NCBI GenBank assembly: GCA_964016885.1
Contig: OZ024743.1
Coordinates: forward strand, 97,898,001 to 97,962,000
Reading direction: 5' to 3'
Origin: Eledone cirrhosa
Lineage: Eukaryota
DNA length: 64,000 bases
Part shown: one piece after another, positions 13,453-26,779 of the stretch
Numbering within the stretch: position 1 is the first letter of the stretch
How the letters are laid out: the number at the start of each line of letters is the position of its first letter
Notes under the pieces: generated by a model
Told to the model about the DNA's origin: nothing
The model's input: only the letters and a program-made list of their open reading frames with translations
Databases searched by the model: none
Position numbers and translations under genes: made by a program

Positions 13453-13575
13453 TTCCCTTGCTTTTATCGAGAATCTAATTGTAATACGTGACGTATTCTA
13501 TTCTATAGCGATTAGGTCTTCAAAATGTTTATTATAAACATACAGAATATTTTCGAATATTCTATGTCTATACAC

Positions 13576-13623
<48 letters not shown>

Positions 13624-13708
13624 AAAAGGTAGACAGAAATAACAACACAATCGGTACAGTATATGGAAGGAATATATTAGGTTAACGCTTGATATAGCAG
13701 GAAGAGGA

Positions 13709-13744
13709 TCTTAACGTATCGGGCGCTAGTCCTTCATCAGAAGA
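13709..13744 (-). ncRNA. Degenerate minimal hammerhead (Penelope pLTR type)
   Basis: tctt-CTGATGA-aggactagcgccc-GATAC-GTT-aaga. The GAAA core is mutated to GATA. Confidence 0.55.
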
Positions 13745-13827
13745 AAAAATGGGAAATAAGATAGATTGAGGGGACGGGTGGGATGAAAGAGTAAAAATGT
13801 ATTCATGTTAACATCTCTTGCAATATA

Positions 13828-13913
<86 letters not shown>

Positions 13914-15138
13914 GTGACAGAGAGAGTGAGGGATAAATAAACGGTGCGGGAGGAGAGAGAGATAGGGATGAAAGAGATTTAGAAGATTTAAAAGCTACAC
14001 CTTCATTTTTTGTTTTAAAAGTGTGTTCGTGTATAGTTGTAGATTGTTCGTGACAAGCTTTAATATTCGTGTGACCGACAGACAAGAAGTTTGTACAGTT
14101 ATTATAATATAGATTGTTGTTGTTGTTTCCATTGTCGTCATCATCATCATCATTATCATAATTATCATTATAAAATCAGCTATTTCAAATATTTTATTGT
14201 CAATTTGGAATTTGATTCCTTTTTAACACGTTGGAAAAGCCGTTTTATACGGTCGAATAGCTAATCATAATTTCGGAACTAATCTGATTCTTTCAGACCA
14301 TGCATAATCTTCGCTTTTCAACTAATGTATTATATTTAAAAGAACGAGTTTCATTTCAATAAAAATAATGCATTATCACTTTTTATTACATTTCGATATA
14401 GTTTTTATATTTTGAGCGCATGAAATTAGCGTAGTTTTCATATCTGCAAACACGTTTTACGAGCCCGCTGGTTCTCATTCCAAAGAAAAATCTTCAGCTT
14501 TATTCAAATTTTATATAAAACGCTGTATTTTGTTTTAATACACAGTTTCTGTTGTTAGGTCATTTGATAGTAACGGTTCCTTGTTTTATACAAATAGATC
14601 CTCATCATCCCCGCCTAGATGTATTATGTCTACTGCTTGGTGGATAACCCATTCCATTCTCATTTAATGTGACAGAATTATGATTCTTTCGAAATATTAT
14701 CTCTTTCACAAAAACTTTTCTTTTCAAATATTTGTATCTTTAACGTGTGAGTGAATATTTACAAAGTAAATTTTGAATTTAACTCTATTTTAAATAACAG
14801 GAGTGTTTTCAGATTTTATAATCCAATGTCAGTTGCTTATATTTCTCGTTAAATATATGAGTGCATTTGCACCATACATATTTTTTACTATTCATGTAAA
14901 GGAATTTTTTTAATAATCAGCATATTTTATAAAAGGTAAATTTAGAGTATTAATGTTTAGATATTTATCTGACTATTTTACTTCTTTATTTCATTGCTCA
15001 GTTTAGGTTGTTCCTAGCAGCTTTTCAAAGGACCAATTGGTTTATTTCTGACAGCAACAACAATAAGTTTCTCTTTTTCGCCGATGTTTATGTCCTTATA
15101 TCCTTTGCCGTAACGAGACGTGCACACATACAAACACA

Positions 15139-15231
<93 letters not shown>

Positions 15232-15249
15232 CCGTATAACCATAACCAG

Positions 15250-15289
15250 TACGAGCTGAAGATCCGCTAAGGTGAAACAATTGTTCTCA

Positions 15290-15292
<3 letters not shown>
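15250..15292 (+). ncRNA. Minimal type I hammerhead ribozyme
   Basis: gag-CTGAAGA-tcc(gctaa)ggt-GAAAC-aatt-GTT-ctc. Palindromic stem III (AACAATTGTT); in a ~60-bp insert between (TG)n and (TA)n. Confidence 0.7.
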
Positions 15293-15326
<34 letters not shown>

Positions 15327-15851
15327 AAATTAAGATAGATTAAAAGAATTCAATCAGAATCGAAATTGTGGGTGTCATTCCTTAACGGAATGCGCCATAT
15401 CGCCCGGAAAATAAGCTCTAGGACTTTGTAGGTACGAGCATTTTATAATAACTAGGAATTGATCAACATATATATAAATAAATATAAACATGAAAAATCA
15501 CAGGAGATAATTTTTACAAGCGTGTAACTACGCATGGCTAGTAGGTAACAAATAAATAAAGTTAACTTTATATACATATATATGAGTGAGGGGGTGGAGT
15601 GTCTACGATACGGGGCCCAGAAAGACCACAATAATAGTTCTCCGTGCAGTAGGATTATCATGATGAGGTAAAATCCCAGCAGTCTGGCTGTTTCAATTTG
15701 ATTCCCAACCAATTGAAGAGGTTAGACTTCTTTACGTCTATAAAACCTCTAGTAATGCATGAATAAATCAAACTACTACATTGAATGGTGATTGTTCTCT
15801 CCATTCATTTGTATATGAACACACACACACATATATACACACACACACAAA

Positions 15852-15933
<82 letters not shown>

Positions 15934-16599
15934 TACATGTTGTGCTATTTCTGTGTAATGTTTTAATCCATATTTCGAATTAGAAGGTAAAATGTGTTTT
16001 CTGGGCTCAGTCTTTGCTTAATTCTTTAGAGTGTTCACATGTGGTTATTAAGGATAGAAGGGGAGGGGGCTGCCGCGGTTGAGTTTTGTTACATTTTAGA
16101 ATCTTTATATTTGAGTATATTTGAGCACAATAATCATAATCATATCTAGCAATTTATTTGAAAGAAATGACGTTTGTTTTTTAACTCACTAACCTTGCGT
16201 CTAATGAGCGTGTCTTCAAAATTGCTTAAAACTACTGAAATATATTACAGTTTAGCCTAGACTAGAATTGTCAAATTTATATTTATGCCTTAATGTGTCA
16301 AACAAAGTCATAATTGTACGACGACCAATATCTAGAAATAACCCTAACCGTAACCCTAACACTACAATATTGAAATATCTCCCAATAGGTTTGATTTATT
16401 TTATGATATCAGGAGTGTACCTTTCGCAATCCACATTATTTGAAGCTTGCAGATCAGTTCTCAGTCTGAGGACAACTCTCGCTTTTCCCCCACCAACATT
16501 GGAGTAATTGCACAATTGTCATTTTAGCTTCCCTTCTCCACTGACTAAACTAGAAAAACTCAAACCTGATAGTGGTAATATTTAATATTGTAATTTCTT

Positions 16600-17640
16600 A
16601 ATCCGAGGATTCAGACCACAGGTTGCCTCCACTTGTCGGGAGAAAATCCATATTAACTTCGCTTACGTCACCACGTTTAAGTTGGTGCAAGATGTTTATG
16701 TTTGGAACTCCTACTCATTGGGTTTTTTATCAATTGTCATATAATTAATTTGGCACGAAATAAACAACAGCTCTATAAAGTCAATGGAACCTGTTGCAAT
16801 TGTAAACAGAGACAAAATGTATTCGATTTCAAATTGCATTTGTGAAAGTAAAGGTGTTATTGAAGGTTTGTTATGAATGCCCCTTCAAGCAATCAATTTT
16901 CAAGAGATAAATATGTGAAACAAATTTTGAATGGGAAAGAAACTCTGAAAGCTTGAAATGAAAGCCTATATGTAAAAACGATATATTATTCTTTCCGTTA
17001 TAACTTGTATCTGTACAGCTAGAGTAGAGTGTACATAAAATAAAAGATCTATTTTATAGTATGAAATAAAATTATGGTATGGGAAGTTCAAACAATTATT
17101 TTAGACTTGATAATGTTTGGGTTAAATCAGTTCAGTATATTTCTTCGGCTGCAATTGTACCAGAAAAATACATTAGAATGTATTCACTAAATACTAAATA
17201 GGCTTCATACAAATTGCCAAATTTAATGTTAGTGAATTGAAAGAAAAAAACATCAGTAGGTTTGTTGGCCAACATTAGAAAAGACAGTTAGGAATTATTG
17301 CAAAAAAAAAAGCTGCTTGAAAATTATTGCTAAATGCTTTTATATAAATTACAAAATCGAACACTCGGTGATTATTGTATGGAGCGTCGACAACACACTA
17401 TAACATGTTGCATTCAATGGAAATACAGTCCCAACTTATTGGCGTAGTCCATCTAAAAGTATTAAGGTATTTAGCACATGTAAACAATTCCTAAATTATT
17501 GCTTTCATTGTACAGCAATATTGCAAACTATTAAACATCTCTATTCTGCCAGAAATAACGTTTCTTTACTAGAGATTGGTCAGAAATAATCAAATTAGTT
17601 TTCATATAAGGAAATAAAACTTAATAGAAGTATCAACAAT
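16600..17640 (+). pseudogene. Possible highly decayed hAT-type transposase
   Basis: Weak remnants (HIINLA, NIRKTVR, a TRWNSTYxML-like segment near 17380-17412); many stops. Confidence 0.3.
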
Positions 17641-17908
17641 GTTTTAAGTAGATTAGTTCTAAATAGTAGATAATATGCTTAGACATAATTCTCATGGTAG
17701 ATTAATCCTTTTAAAATGTGACGTTCAAAACAGAACTATAGAAATGGAATCTGAATGAGACTTTGTGTTTCAAATACATATCTGTAAATACAGTCAAAAT
17801 ATCAGCTTGAAAGATCCTAATTTTTATGAATGTATTTCTTCTGTGCTATTTTGTTTTTTATATACTTGCTATATTATCCTTTATACTATCTGTCTATAAT
17901 CTACAATC

Positions 17909-18034
<126 letters not shown>

Positions 18035-18109
18035 CGCGTGTGTGTGTGTATTTATATATACATATATATGTTGTGTGTGTGTGTTCTCTCTTTTAATTTC
18101 GAATATATT

Positions 18110-18910
18110 TTTGACTGGCTACCTTCCCGGTGGCAAGGTTGTAAAGAAAAGAAATCGTCATGGTCTTTACTGTAAGTGTTCCTCCTTTGAATCTGTTACA
18201 AATTTTGAAGTTTTAGATATCGCGGTCATTTGTTGCTTAGGAATTAAGGAACAACGTTCTTTCTCCACGAATCCAAGTTCGGTTATACTTTGGTCCAGGT
18301 AGTTTGGTATATAAGATGTAGCCCCAATAATGACGAGTATGGAGCTAAACATGGAACTTAGATACTGGATCGGCAAACTCCTCATCAATGGTCCGTAGAT
18401 ATCCTCTTTCTCTTGCATTTTTCTTACAACATTGACATCAAGTGGGTCCCTGACATCTACAACAGTATTCCTTTGAACCATCAGTCTCAACATATTCCTA
18501 CCTCGTTTTATTTTCGTCTCCCGTAATACATTGCAGATTGTTCTAGCTACCATATAATGCATCATGGGGGGGGGGGGTTATTAACGAGAAGTAATTCTGT
18601 CGCAGTTGACAATAATGTGGCTAACATCTTTAATCTTTATTTTGCACAGCCTACATTTATTCTCAACTGATGACTTTCCTCTTTTGAGCAGTAAGTACTT
18701 GACAGTGGTTTCTTGTTCCTGGATTGTATAGAGATATTCTTCGCGGTAGGATGTTATGAACTTGTCGGACTCTATATCAGGCTTTTAGTATGGTTTATCC
18801 ACCCTGTGGTCTGTGTTTTTGTCTCAAGTACCCATGTACAAGTTCCTTAGTGAATTGGTCCATTTTTATTCTGTCCAATCATTGAGTAGTCTTTCAATGT
18901 TCCTGGGATG
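18110..18910 (-). mobile_element. R4/Dong-like RLE non-LTR retrotransposon 3' fragment
   Basis: NKCRLCK...DVSHIM zinc knuckle, DVRDPLDVNV.RK.QEKEDIY and VIIGATSYIP restriction-like endonuclease motifs. Confidence 0.72.
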
Positions 18911-19010
18911 AAGTTAGTCGTATAGAAAACACATGGTGCCATGAGATTGTTTGCTTGCAAACGAATCAAATTTTTTCCATACATATATATATATATATAC
19001 ACACACGCAC

Positions 19011-19088
<78 letters not shown>

Positions 19089-19208
19089 TTGGTGCGTGAC
19101 AAGCACTTTAGCGCTTTGAACCATAAGATAATTTGCCCTAAAAATCTTTTTCTATATTTATTTAAGTACTTTGTTCTCAGTTGTATATTTCTATTAAACA
19201 TTATTATT

Positions 19209-19536
19209 TATACGGCCCTTGCCATTCTGAGTTCGAGGTTAACTTTTCCTTTCATCCTTACGTGGTCGATAAAATAAAGTACCAGTAATGTACTGAGTAA
19301 TTGCTGGCCTTGTGCCAAAAGTAGAAACAATTATTATTTATACGGTGGATTGGCAGTATCGATAGAGGGTCGGACGCCATGCTTTGACACATTGAGTTAC
19401 GGCCCTTGCCATTCTGAGTTCAAATCCCGCCGAGGTTAACTTTGCCTTTCATCCTTACGGGGTCGATAGAATAAAGTACCAGTAATGCACTGGAGTAATA
19501 GCTGGCCTTGTGCCAAAAATAGAAACAATTATTATT
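19209..19536 (+). mobile_element. Two tandem family A SINEs (truncated + full)
   Basis: Core and tail present twice, each ending in (ATT)n. Confidence 0.88.
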
Positions 19537-19819
19537 CATATAATAGAGCAAAGTGTGGCCAAATGTTAAGTGTTTAGCTTCACACGCATATTATCTCAGT
19601 TTGAAACCCATTGATACAGGGCGGTAGATTGGCAGAAAAATAAGATAGTCCTGCCTTATAAAGTATCCGAAACTATGATGGTCCCCAGCAGAAGACATCC
19701 GCGGGGAATAGTCCTTGTGTTTGTGTCTCCCCAGTTATCTGTTTCCTATATATCTCTCACGTGTTTTTAATAATAATAATATCACACGCCAATGCATATA
19801 TCTGTGTGTGTGTGTGTGT

Positions 19820-19895
<76 letters not shown>

Positions 19896-20008
19896 TTGTA
19901 TACATTCAAATATACATTGTTGTGATTGTTCTAGGCCGGTTCACTGTGATTTCAGTTCAAATCCCGCTCTCACCAACTTTGCCTTTCATCTTTCCGAGGT
20001 CAATGAAT

Positions 20009-20092
20009 AACCTACCAGTTCTAACCTACCAGTTCTAACCTACCAGTTCTAACCTACCAGTTCTAACCTACCAGTTCTAACCTACCAGTTCT
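20009..20092. repeat. 14-bp tandem repeat x6 (AACCTACCAGTTCT)
   Basis: Perfect copies arising at the TACCAGT of a SINE core. Confidence 0.95.
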
Positions 20093-20457
20093 GTAGAAAT
20101 CAGTTATGTTCTGACATCGAGCTCCGACAGGTTTAAAATGCCCAAGGTACATTTATTAATGTTCACCTTGCTTAATTTTAGTCTTCATGCTACAATACTA
20201 TATTGATATTGACATGGTAATATCATGATCTTGGAATACCTTTGTTCATAGGTTTTACAAGATATAAGTAAAATGTCATCACTTGATAATTTTTCCTCAT
20301 TATTTTTAAATCTACTCATTCCTGCTGGCATGAGTTAGAGGAGACATTTTGAGGCAGTATTCCATGGCTGAATCTCCTCGATGCTAATCTCTATTGATAG
20401 CGATTACAAAAACCAAAGAAAGCACAAAAAACAGCACTTCACTCACAACTGACGCTG

Positions 20458-20730
20458 CACACCAGGTCCGAACACAGACGAGCCGAACTGTCATCGCCTC
20501 CATCTCTCTCGCCCTCCCCATCTCTCTCTATTATGAGCAAATGGAGTCCCACGTGCTGGCTTCCCCCACGGCCCCGGAGGACAAAATGGAGAAGGTGTTT
20601 CCCCGGAGTATGGTGAGGGAGATGCGCTGGAAGAGCCATTCCATCTCGTGAGGCTCACACCTGCAGCTAGCCAGCTCAGCGCCTATGGTGGTAAGAGGCA
20701 GTGAGGTAGCTCTAGGGCCAAGGACACCAG
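20458..20730 (+). repeat. Unclassified GC-rich dispersed repeat; second copy at 29424-29649 (minus)
   Basis: Shared CACCAGGTCCGAACACA, TATTATGAGCAAATG, CCATTCCA..GAGGCTCACA and CTAGGGCCAAGGACAC. Confidence 0.75.
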
Positions 20731-22005
20731 AAGTCTCCACTCCTAGGGGTTCGACTGCAAACCTATTGATGAGATATGCTCGGTGAGGAGCTGATGCACG
20801 GCTAAATAACGATCCCTTATTTAGACACAAGGCCAACAATTTTTGAGGAAAAGTTAAAGTCAATTAAATTGACCCCAGTACTGAAAGCATGAAACGCAAA
20901 GTTGAGATCGGTGAAATTATATTTCAGAACTAAAAGAGCCAGAGCATATACCACAAAGCATTTGTTCCATTCTCTAACTATTCTGACAATCAACTGTCGT
21001 AGATAGGGCTAAATAATGTTTATAATTTAGATAGTCTAAAATAAAATCTAAAGCCTGTCTCAAGCCCGGGGGTTCATTCGAATGGTGTTTATCCTGGTTT
21101 CCTTGGCGTTGAGCGTACAGGACTGCCACTGGACATGACACCAGATCATCACATGTTTAAACCCCCAACTACTGCTGATATTCATTTTCAGCTGAATATA
21201 GTGGAGCAACGTAAAATGAAAAGTTTTGCTCAAGAACAAAATACCTAACTCTGTCCAAGAATCGAACGCTCGAAATTATGATCATAAGAGCAACACCCTA
21301 ACCTGTCAGAACGTACAGTGCCAGGGAATATACTACAAAGTAGTTAGTCCAACGCATCTGCAATTCTGCCAATTCATCTCCTCTCACTGGGCTAAATAAA
21401 AAGTACCCTTGCACAACTCGTACGGAAATATACCGAACACGCATGCGTACATGCAGACACATATTACAAACGAGCTAAATAGCTTAGTGGAAACATACAA
21501 AATGCAGCTTTTAGTTTTCTGCTATCATATGTTTAATGGACGACATGCTATTTGTCAAACAGACACGAGCGTTGAAACACCAATTTGTACATAGTGAATC
21601 GATTTTCTTTTTTTTTCTTTTTTGTAGAGCTGCCTAATCCCCTCATAGTTTAAAAGTTCTCCTTCGATAATCTTATCTTTAGCACTTAGGAATGTTATTT
21701 AACAGCTTCGGCTGCCAGTCTGCATAATAAGGATTGAGTTTCAGTTTATTTCTCCAATATTAACGGTTTTACGTTTCCCAAATTTCTGATTGTCATTGTG
21801 TGTTTATGTTTGTTTGTATTTGTTAGTGTGAAGGTGCATCTGTATGTAAGGGTGTGTGCGTGTGTGTGTTTGTATGTGTGTGTGTATGAGTGTGTGTGTG
21901 TATGTATGTGTGTATGTGTGTGTATGTGTTTGTGTACGTGTGTGTGCGCGAATATGTGTGTGTGTATGTGTGTGTGTGTGTGTGGCTGTGTGTGGCTGTG
22001 TGTGT

Positions 22006-22046
<41 letters not shown>

Positions 22047-22674
22047 TGTGTGTGAATGTGTGTGTATATGTGTGTATGTGTGTGTCTGTGTGTGTCTGTG
22101 TGTGTGTGTCTGTGTGTGTATGTGTATGTGTGTGTGTGTGTCTGTGTCTGTGTCTGTGTGTGTGTGTGTCTGTGTGTGTATGTGTCTGTGTATGTGTGTG
22201 TCTGTGTATGTGTATGTGTGTGTATGTGTCTGTGTAATATTTCGTGGGTGTTTTCATTTATCTGCTTCCTGATTTATTTTTTCAATTTGTAAAATACAGG
22301 AAATATTCAACAGATTCGATTACATGAATTCAATACAAGTTTTATGTTGATTAGGTGTGTATAATTGCGAGTAGGAGTATACGTGCATGCGTGTAATTCG
22401 CCAAAAATACTGATACACTCGTATATATATACTAACATATATACCCACGTATACAAACACATACACACATATATATATATGTGTGTGTGAGTGTGTGTGT
22501 GTATGTGTGTGAGTCTATATATATTATATATTATATATATATATGTGTGTGTATATATATATATATACGTATGTTTATATAGCCATATATACGTACCTAT
22601 ATATATATATATATAGGGAAAAGTATGACCCCGATGGCAGAGCTCTAGCCGTTTCGACGGCTATTTTTGGACTG

Positions 22675-22711
<37 letters not shown>

Positions 22712-22714
<3 letters not shown>

Positions 22715-23518
22715 AAAACAAATAACGAAACGAAATTAAATTTCGTTTCGTTTGTAACTCACTTTTGTATGACTGACGCTTAAACAATTAAGTTAAAAAT
22801 GTACATCTACATATGCATACTGAAATACTAGTATGCATATGAATACACACACGTATACATATGTAGATGTACCAAGTCTTTCACTGGTTACTTTACTGTG
22901 AGTATCCAGCTATTCTGTATGTAAACACACAGACAAACCGGTTTTTAGAGTCATACTGGTTTTTGAGGAAACACCTTTCCTCTATTCTCCAGAAAGCCAG
23001 ACGAGGAATATTGAACTAGTTTCGTTGTTGTTACAACTCATCAGCAATATTTACCTATCTACCGGCCTTTCTGGAGAATCGTAAAAGCACATATCGTTAT
23101 ATGCTTTTTCTATGAAAATTAGTAGTGGGCAGACTAATTTGCATAGAGTGTGAGTACGTACCGGTTCAACGGAGACGATAAAAACAAATAACGAAACGAA
23201 ATTAAATTTCGTTTCGCTTGTAACTCACTTTTGTATGACTGACGCTTAAACAATTAAGTTAAAAATGTACATCTACATATGCATACTAAAATACTAGTAT
23301 GCATATGAATACACTTTCTGGAGAATAGAGGAAAGGTGTTTCCTCAAAAACCAGTATGACTCTAAAAACCGGTTTGTCTGTGTGTTTACATACAGAATAG
23401 CTGGATACTCACAGTAAAGTAACCAGTGAAAGACTTGGTACATCTACATATGTATACGTGTGTGTATTCATATGCATACTAGTATTTCAGTATGCATATG
23501 TAGATGTACATTTTTAAC

Positions 23519-23524
<6 letters not shown>
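22712..23524 (-). mobile_element. Hammerhead-bearing element: 466-bp unit, partial direct repeat, then inverted partial copy
   Basis: ATAAAAACAAATAACGAAACG at 22712 and 23178. 23314-23524 is the reverse complement of 22786-22996. (TA)n on both sides. Confidence 0.82.
23007..23051 (-). ncRNA. Type I hammerhead ribozyme
   Basis: aatattg-CTGATGA-gttgt(aaca)acaac-GAAAC-ta-GTT-caatatt. Palindromic stem III (ACTAGT); outer helix 22984-22996 / 23067-23079. Confidence 0.9.
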
Positions 23525-23595
<71 letters not shown>

Positions 23596-23596
<1 letters not shown>

Positions 23597-24127
23597 CTAG
23601 CTGAGGTACCCAGCTTCGCCAAGGTTAACAGATAAGAGTAGACCGGCAGAAGAGAAAAGGTCTGTATTGAATGCATTGTCTTGTTTACAGCGTGTGTGTA
23701 TTGTGTGTGTGTGTTTGTGTATATATATGTGTATATATATGTGTGTGTTCGTATGTGTGTATGTGTGCCTGTGTGAGTGTTCGTGTGTGTGCGTGTGTGT
23801 GTGTGTGCGTGTGTGTGCGTTTGTGTGTGTGTGTGTGTGTGTGTAAACCACCGTTGGAATCGGTGACATAGGCCACGAAACACGATCATCGCTGACAACG
23901 TACTCGCAGAGAGAATCCCTTATGATGGATCCCAACCTGCTAGAAATAGCAGTCGGGTTGGTTAGCATACGTGGTGTCTTTCTTCTTCTTTGGTGTTATA
24001 AAATTAATATCAATAAACTTTCCTGGATATACTCTTATCCCAATCCTGTACATACTTTCCGAATGTCACTTCGTTTTTTTCGTGTGATACACGAAGGAAT
24101 CAACCAACAAATATCTCTCTTTTATAT
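23596..24127 (-). mobile_element. Non-autonomous Helitron-like element
   Basis: On the minus strand it starts ATATAAAAGAG and ends with a GC-rich subterminal hairpin remnant followed by CTAGT. Confidence 0.6.
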
Positions 24128-24790
24128 CTCATTTATTTGTTCATTCAAAATAATTTTCAGCTAATTCTGTCATGCAATATACATCAGCAATCGTTATCTA
24201 ATGTTTAAAACATATGAATAGCTGCGATATATGCACCATATCAATAAAAAACGATATGAGAATTGAATACCATGCAAAAGCGCCAGTAAGCTTGCTAAGA
24301 ACCTGCAGATAGAAATGTTAATAAATACAACATTTGGCTTGGGTAAACGTTAAGATGTTCTTTCATTGTAGGTTTCTTTTCTCCTTCTCTCCTTCCTCTC
24401 CTCTTCCTTAGCTCACCCTAAAGCATACTACATACAATTAACCATGGTTTTTCCAGATGAAGGCCAGCCACTTTTAGAGTTTGACCCTGAGTCTGTTGGT
24501 GGTAATCGCGAAGCTTAGTCTCTCTGTTGCTCTAGTAACATTTTTTTTTCTGGAAAATCTGATCTTACGGCCAGGCTAGGACTTTTGGGGTGGCATATCG
24601 GCAGTAACAATGACGCTAAGCCGTCTGTGGTTTCGTGAAATAAATACGTTTGTTTATATTTTGTTTTTGTGTATGCAAAAATATCTGTACACGAATATAT
24701 AATTATATATATATTACCCACTCTACTACCCTAAGTATTGAGTACTTTGGTGCGTTATGGTCCATCTGGTTCCTTACCACATTTCCTTCG

Positions 24791-25075
<285 letters not shown>

Positions 25076-25406
25076 TAGGAATGTCATATAACCGGAAATG
25101 TTGACATTTGAAAATTTCAAGGAAGTGAATATTTAAATTATGTCTTTAATCTTTTAATAAAATTCAGTAGACTAAAATACCGTCACTTTCTTACTTGGAA
25201 ACAGTTACATCTATGGTGGAAATTTGGTGCCGTTTGGCGGAAATTTTGTTACTTACATACGGCCGTCAGCTTTATAGTATAGATATATATATATATACAT
25301 ATATATGTATACATATATATATACATATATATATACATACATATGTATATATATATATGTGTGTGTGTATGTATATATATATGTGTGTGTGTATAGATAT
25401 AGATAT

Positions 25407-25456
<50 letters not shown>

Positions 25457-25621
25457 TTGTTTGAGTGTACAAACTGAAGAGAGTGAACTCAATAGTGATG
25501 GTATATTTTCTTCAACACTGGTATACATGTTTCTGTGTGTGTGTTATTGCGTTTCTCAGCTTATATTTCCTATGTTATATATATATATATATATATCTAT
25601 ATCAAATAATTACATATTTGT

Positions 25622-26130
25622 GTAGCGCGTGGCTAAGTGTTCAGGATGTTATGCTCACCAAACTGAGTTCAAAATACCGCTGCATAATGTCTGAGCAACA
25701 CACGTTATTTCCTGTTGCTCCAATAGGGCGGTGGATTGCCAATATCGGTAGAGGGTCGGACGCCATGCTTTTCGGGCATAAAGTTACGGCACTTTATGGT
25801 CTGAGTTCAAATCCCGCCGTGGTTAACTTTGCCTTTCATCCTTACGGAGTCGATAAAATAAAGTACCAGTAATACACTGGGATAATTGCTGTCCTTGTGC
25901 CTAGAGTAGAAATAGATATTTCATGTTGCTCCAATCCACTCACCTGGACAAACTTAATTGTATCTGTATTTAAAAGAGCCAGCTTTGTCACACAGTATCT
26001 CCCTAACTATCCCTAACAAATACGTTATGTGTACACGTGTTTCTGAAACACACAGTCATTTCCACATTAATTTGACGCACAGCATATTCGACGTTTCCAA
26101 CTGGAACGCTGTGAAACAGAACCGACGAAA
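25622..26130 (+). mobile_element. tRNA-derived SINE family B, interrupted
   Basis: A-box-like GCGTGGCTAAGTG, B-box GAGTTCAAA; body matches the reverse complement of 42590-42850. Confidence 0.65.
25725..25917 (+). mobile_element. SINE family A nested in a family B SINE
   Basis: Full copy flanked by ATTTC(C/A)TGTTGCTCCAAT at 25707-25724 and 25918-25935. Confidence 0.88.
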
Positions 26131-26779
26131 GTCCAACACCAATACTTATACAGTTTAATACTAATGAAAAATGTAAATAAATTTCGATTCCCGTGCTTTT
26201 GTATGGCGCAGACGTTGCCTGAGACTAGGTAGACATTCACATAATGTAATAGCTTCGCAATATTACTTCCTGCTGTAGGAAGTACACTTCCTTCCAACGC
26301 GTAGAAATTCATTTGCACAATCAACTGAACTCCACAGATTACATTTCAATATTAAAACCATTTTATTTTCTTAGCATTATTTTCATAATTTTTCTTTACA
26401 TCCATCATTTGATACTGTATCCGAATTTCATTGATAAATTTCCATTTCTCGTTTATCAGAATATAGTTTCTTCACTTCCAAGCCATCCAACCTGCGTTCA
26501 TCATAAATATTTATTATTCAATTAATTATACTGCTGCTGAATGCGTGTTAAGCAAAAAAGATTGTCCATTTCAATTATCTCAGTTCGTGTTTGATACAAA
26601 TAGCGTTTGACTACATCTTTATTTGTGGACACAAGGATAAGGGTAATATTGTCTTCTGATAAACGACCCATTAGCTGTGAATATCTGAAAGAAATGTCTT
26701 GTTTCTCTGTCTTCAAAGATGATAACAATTATTTTTCACGTCTGTATACTTTTTCACAGCAAGCCTTATAAACTGTAGT

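Larger units (their letters stand above)
11633..13573 (-). mobile_element. Retrozyme-like / non-autonomous Penelope-like element: 310-bp tandem array (5.6 copies) plus inverted partial copy, one hammerhead per unit
   Basis: Unit start AAATTGGAATAAATGC recurs at 11633, 11943, 12253, 12563, 12873 and 13183. The array stops at 13377 and 13378-13573 is the reverse complement of part of the unit. Flanked by (TA)n on both sides; no ORF of 60 aa or more. Confidence 0.85.
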
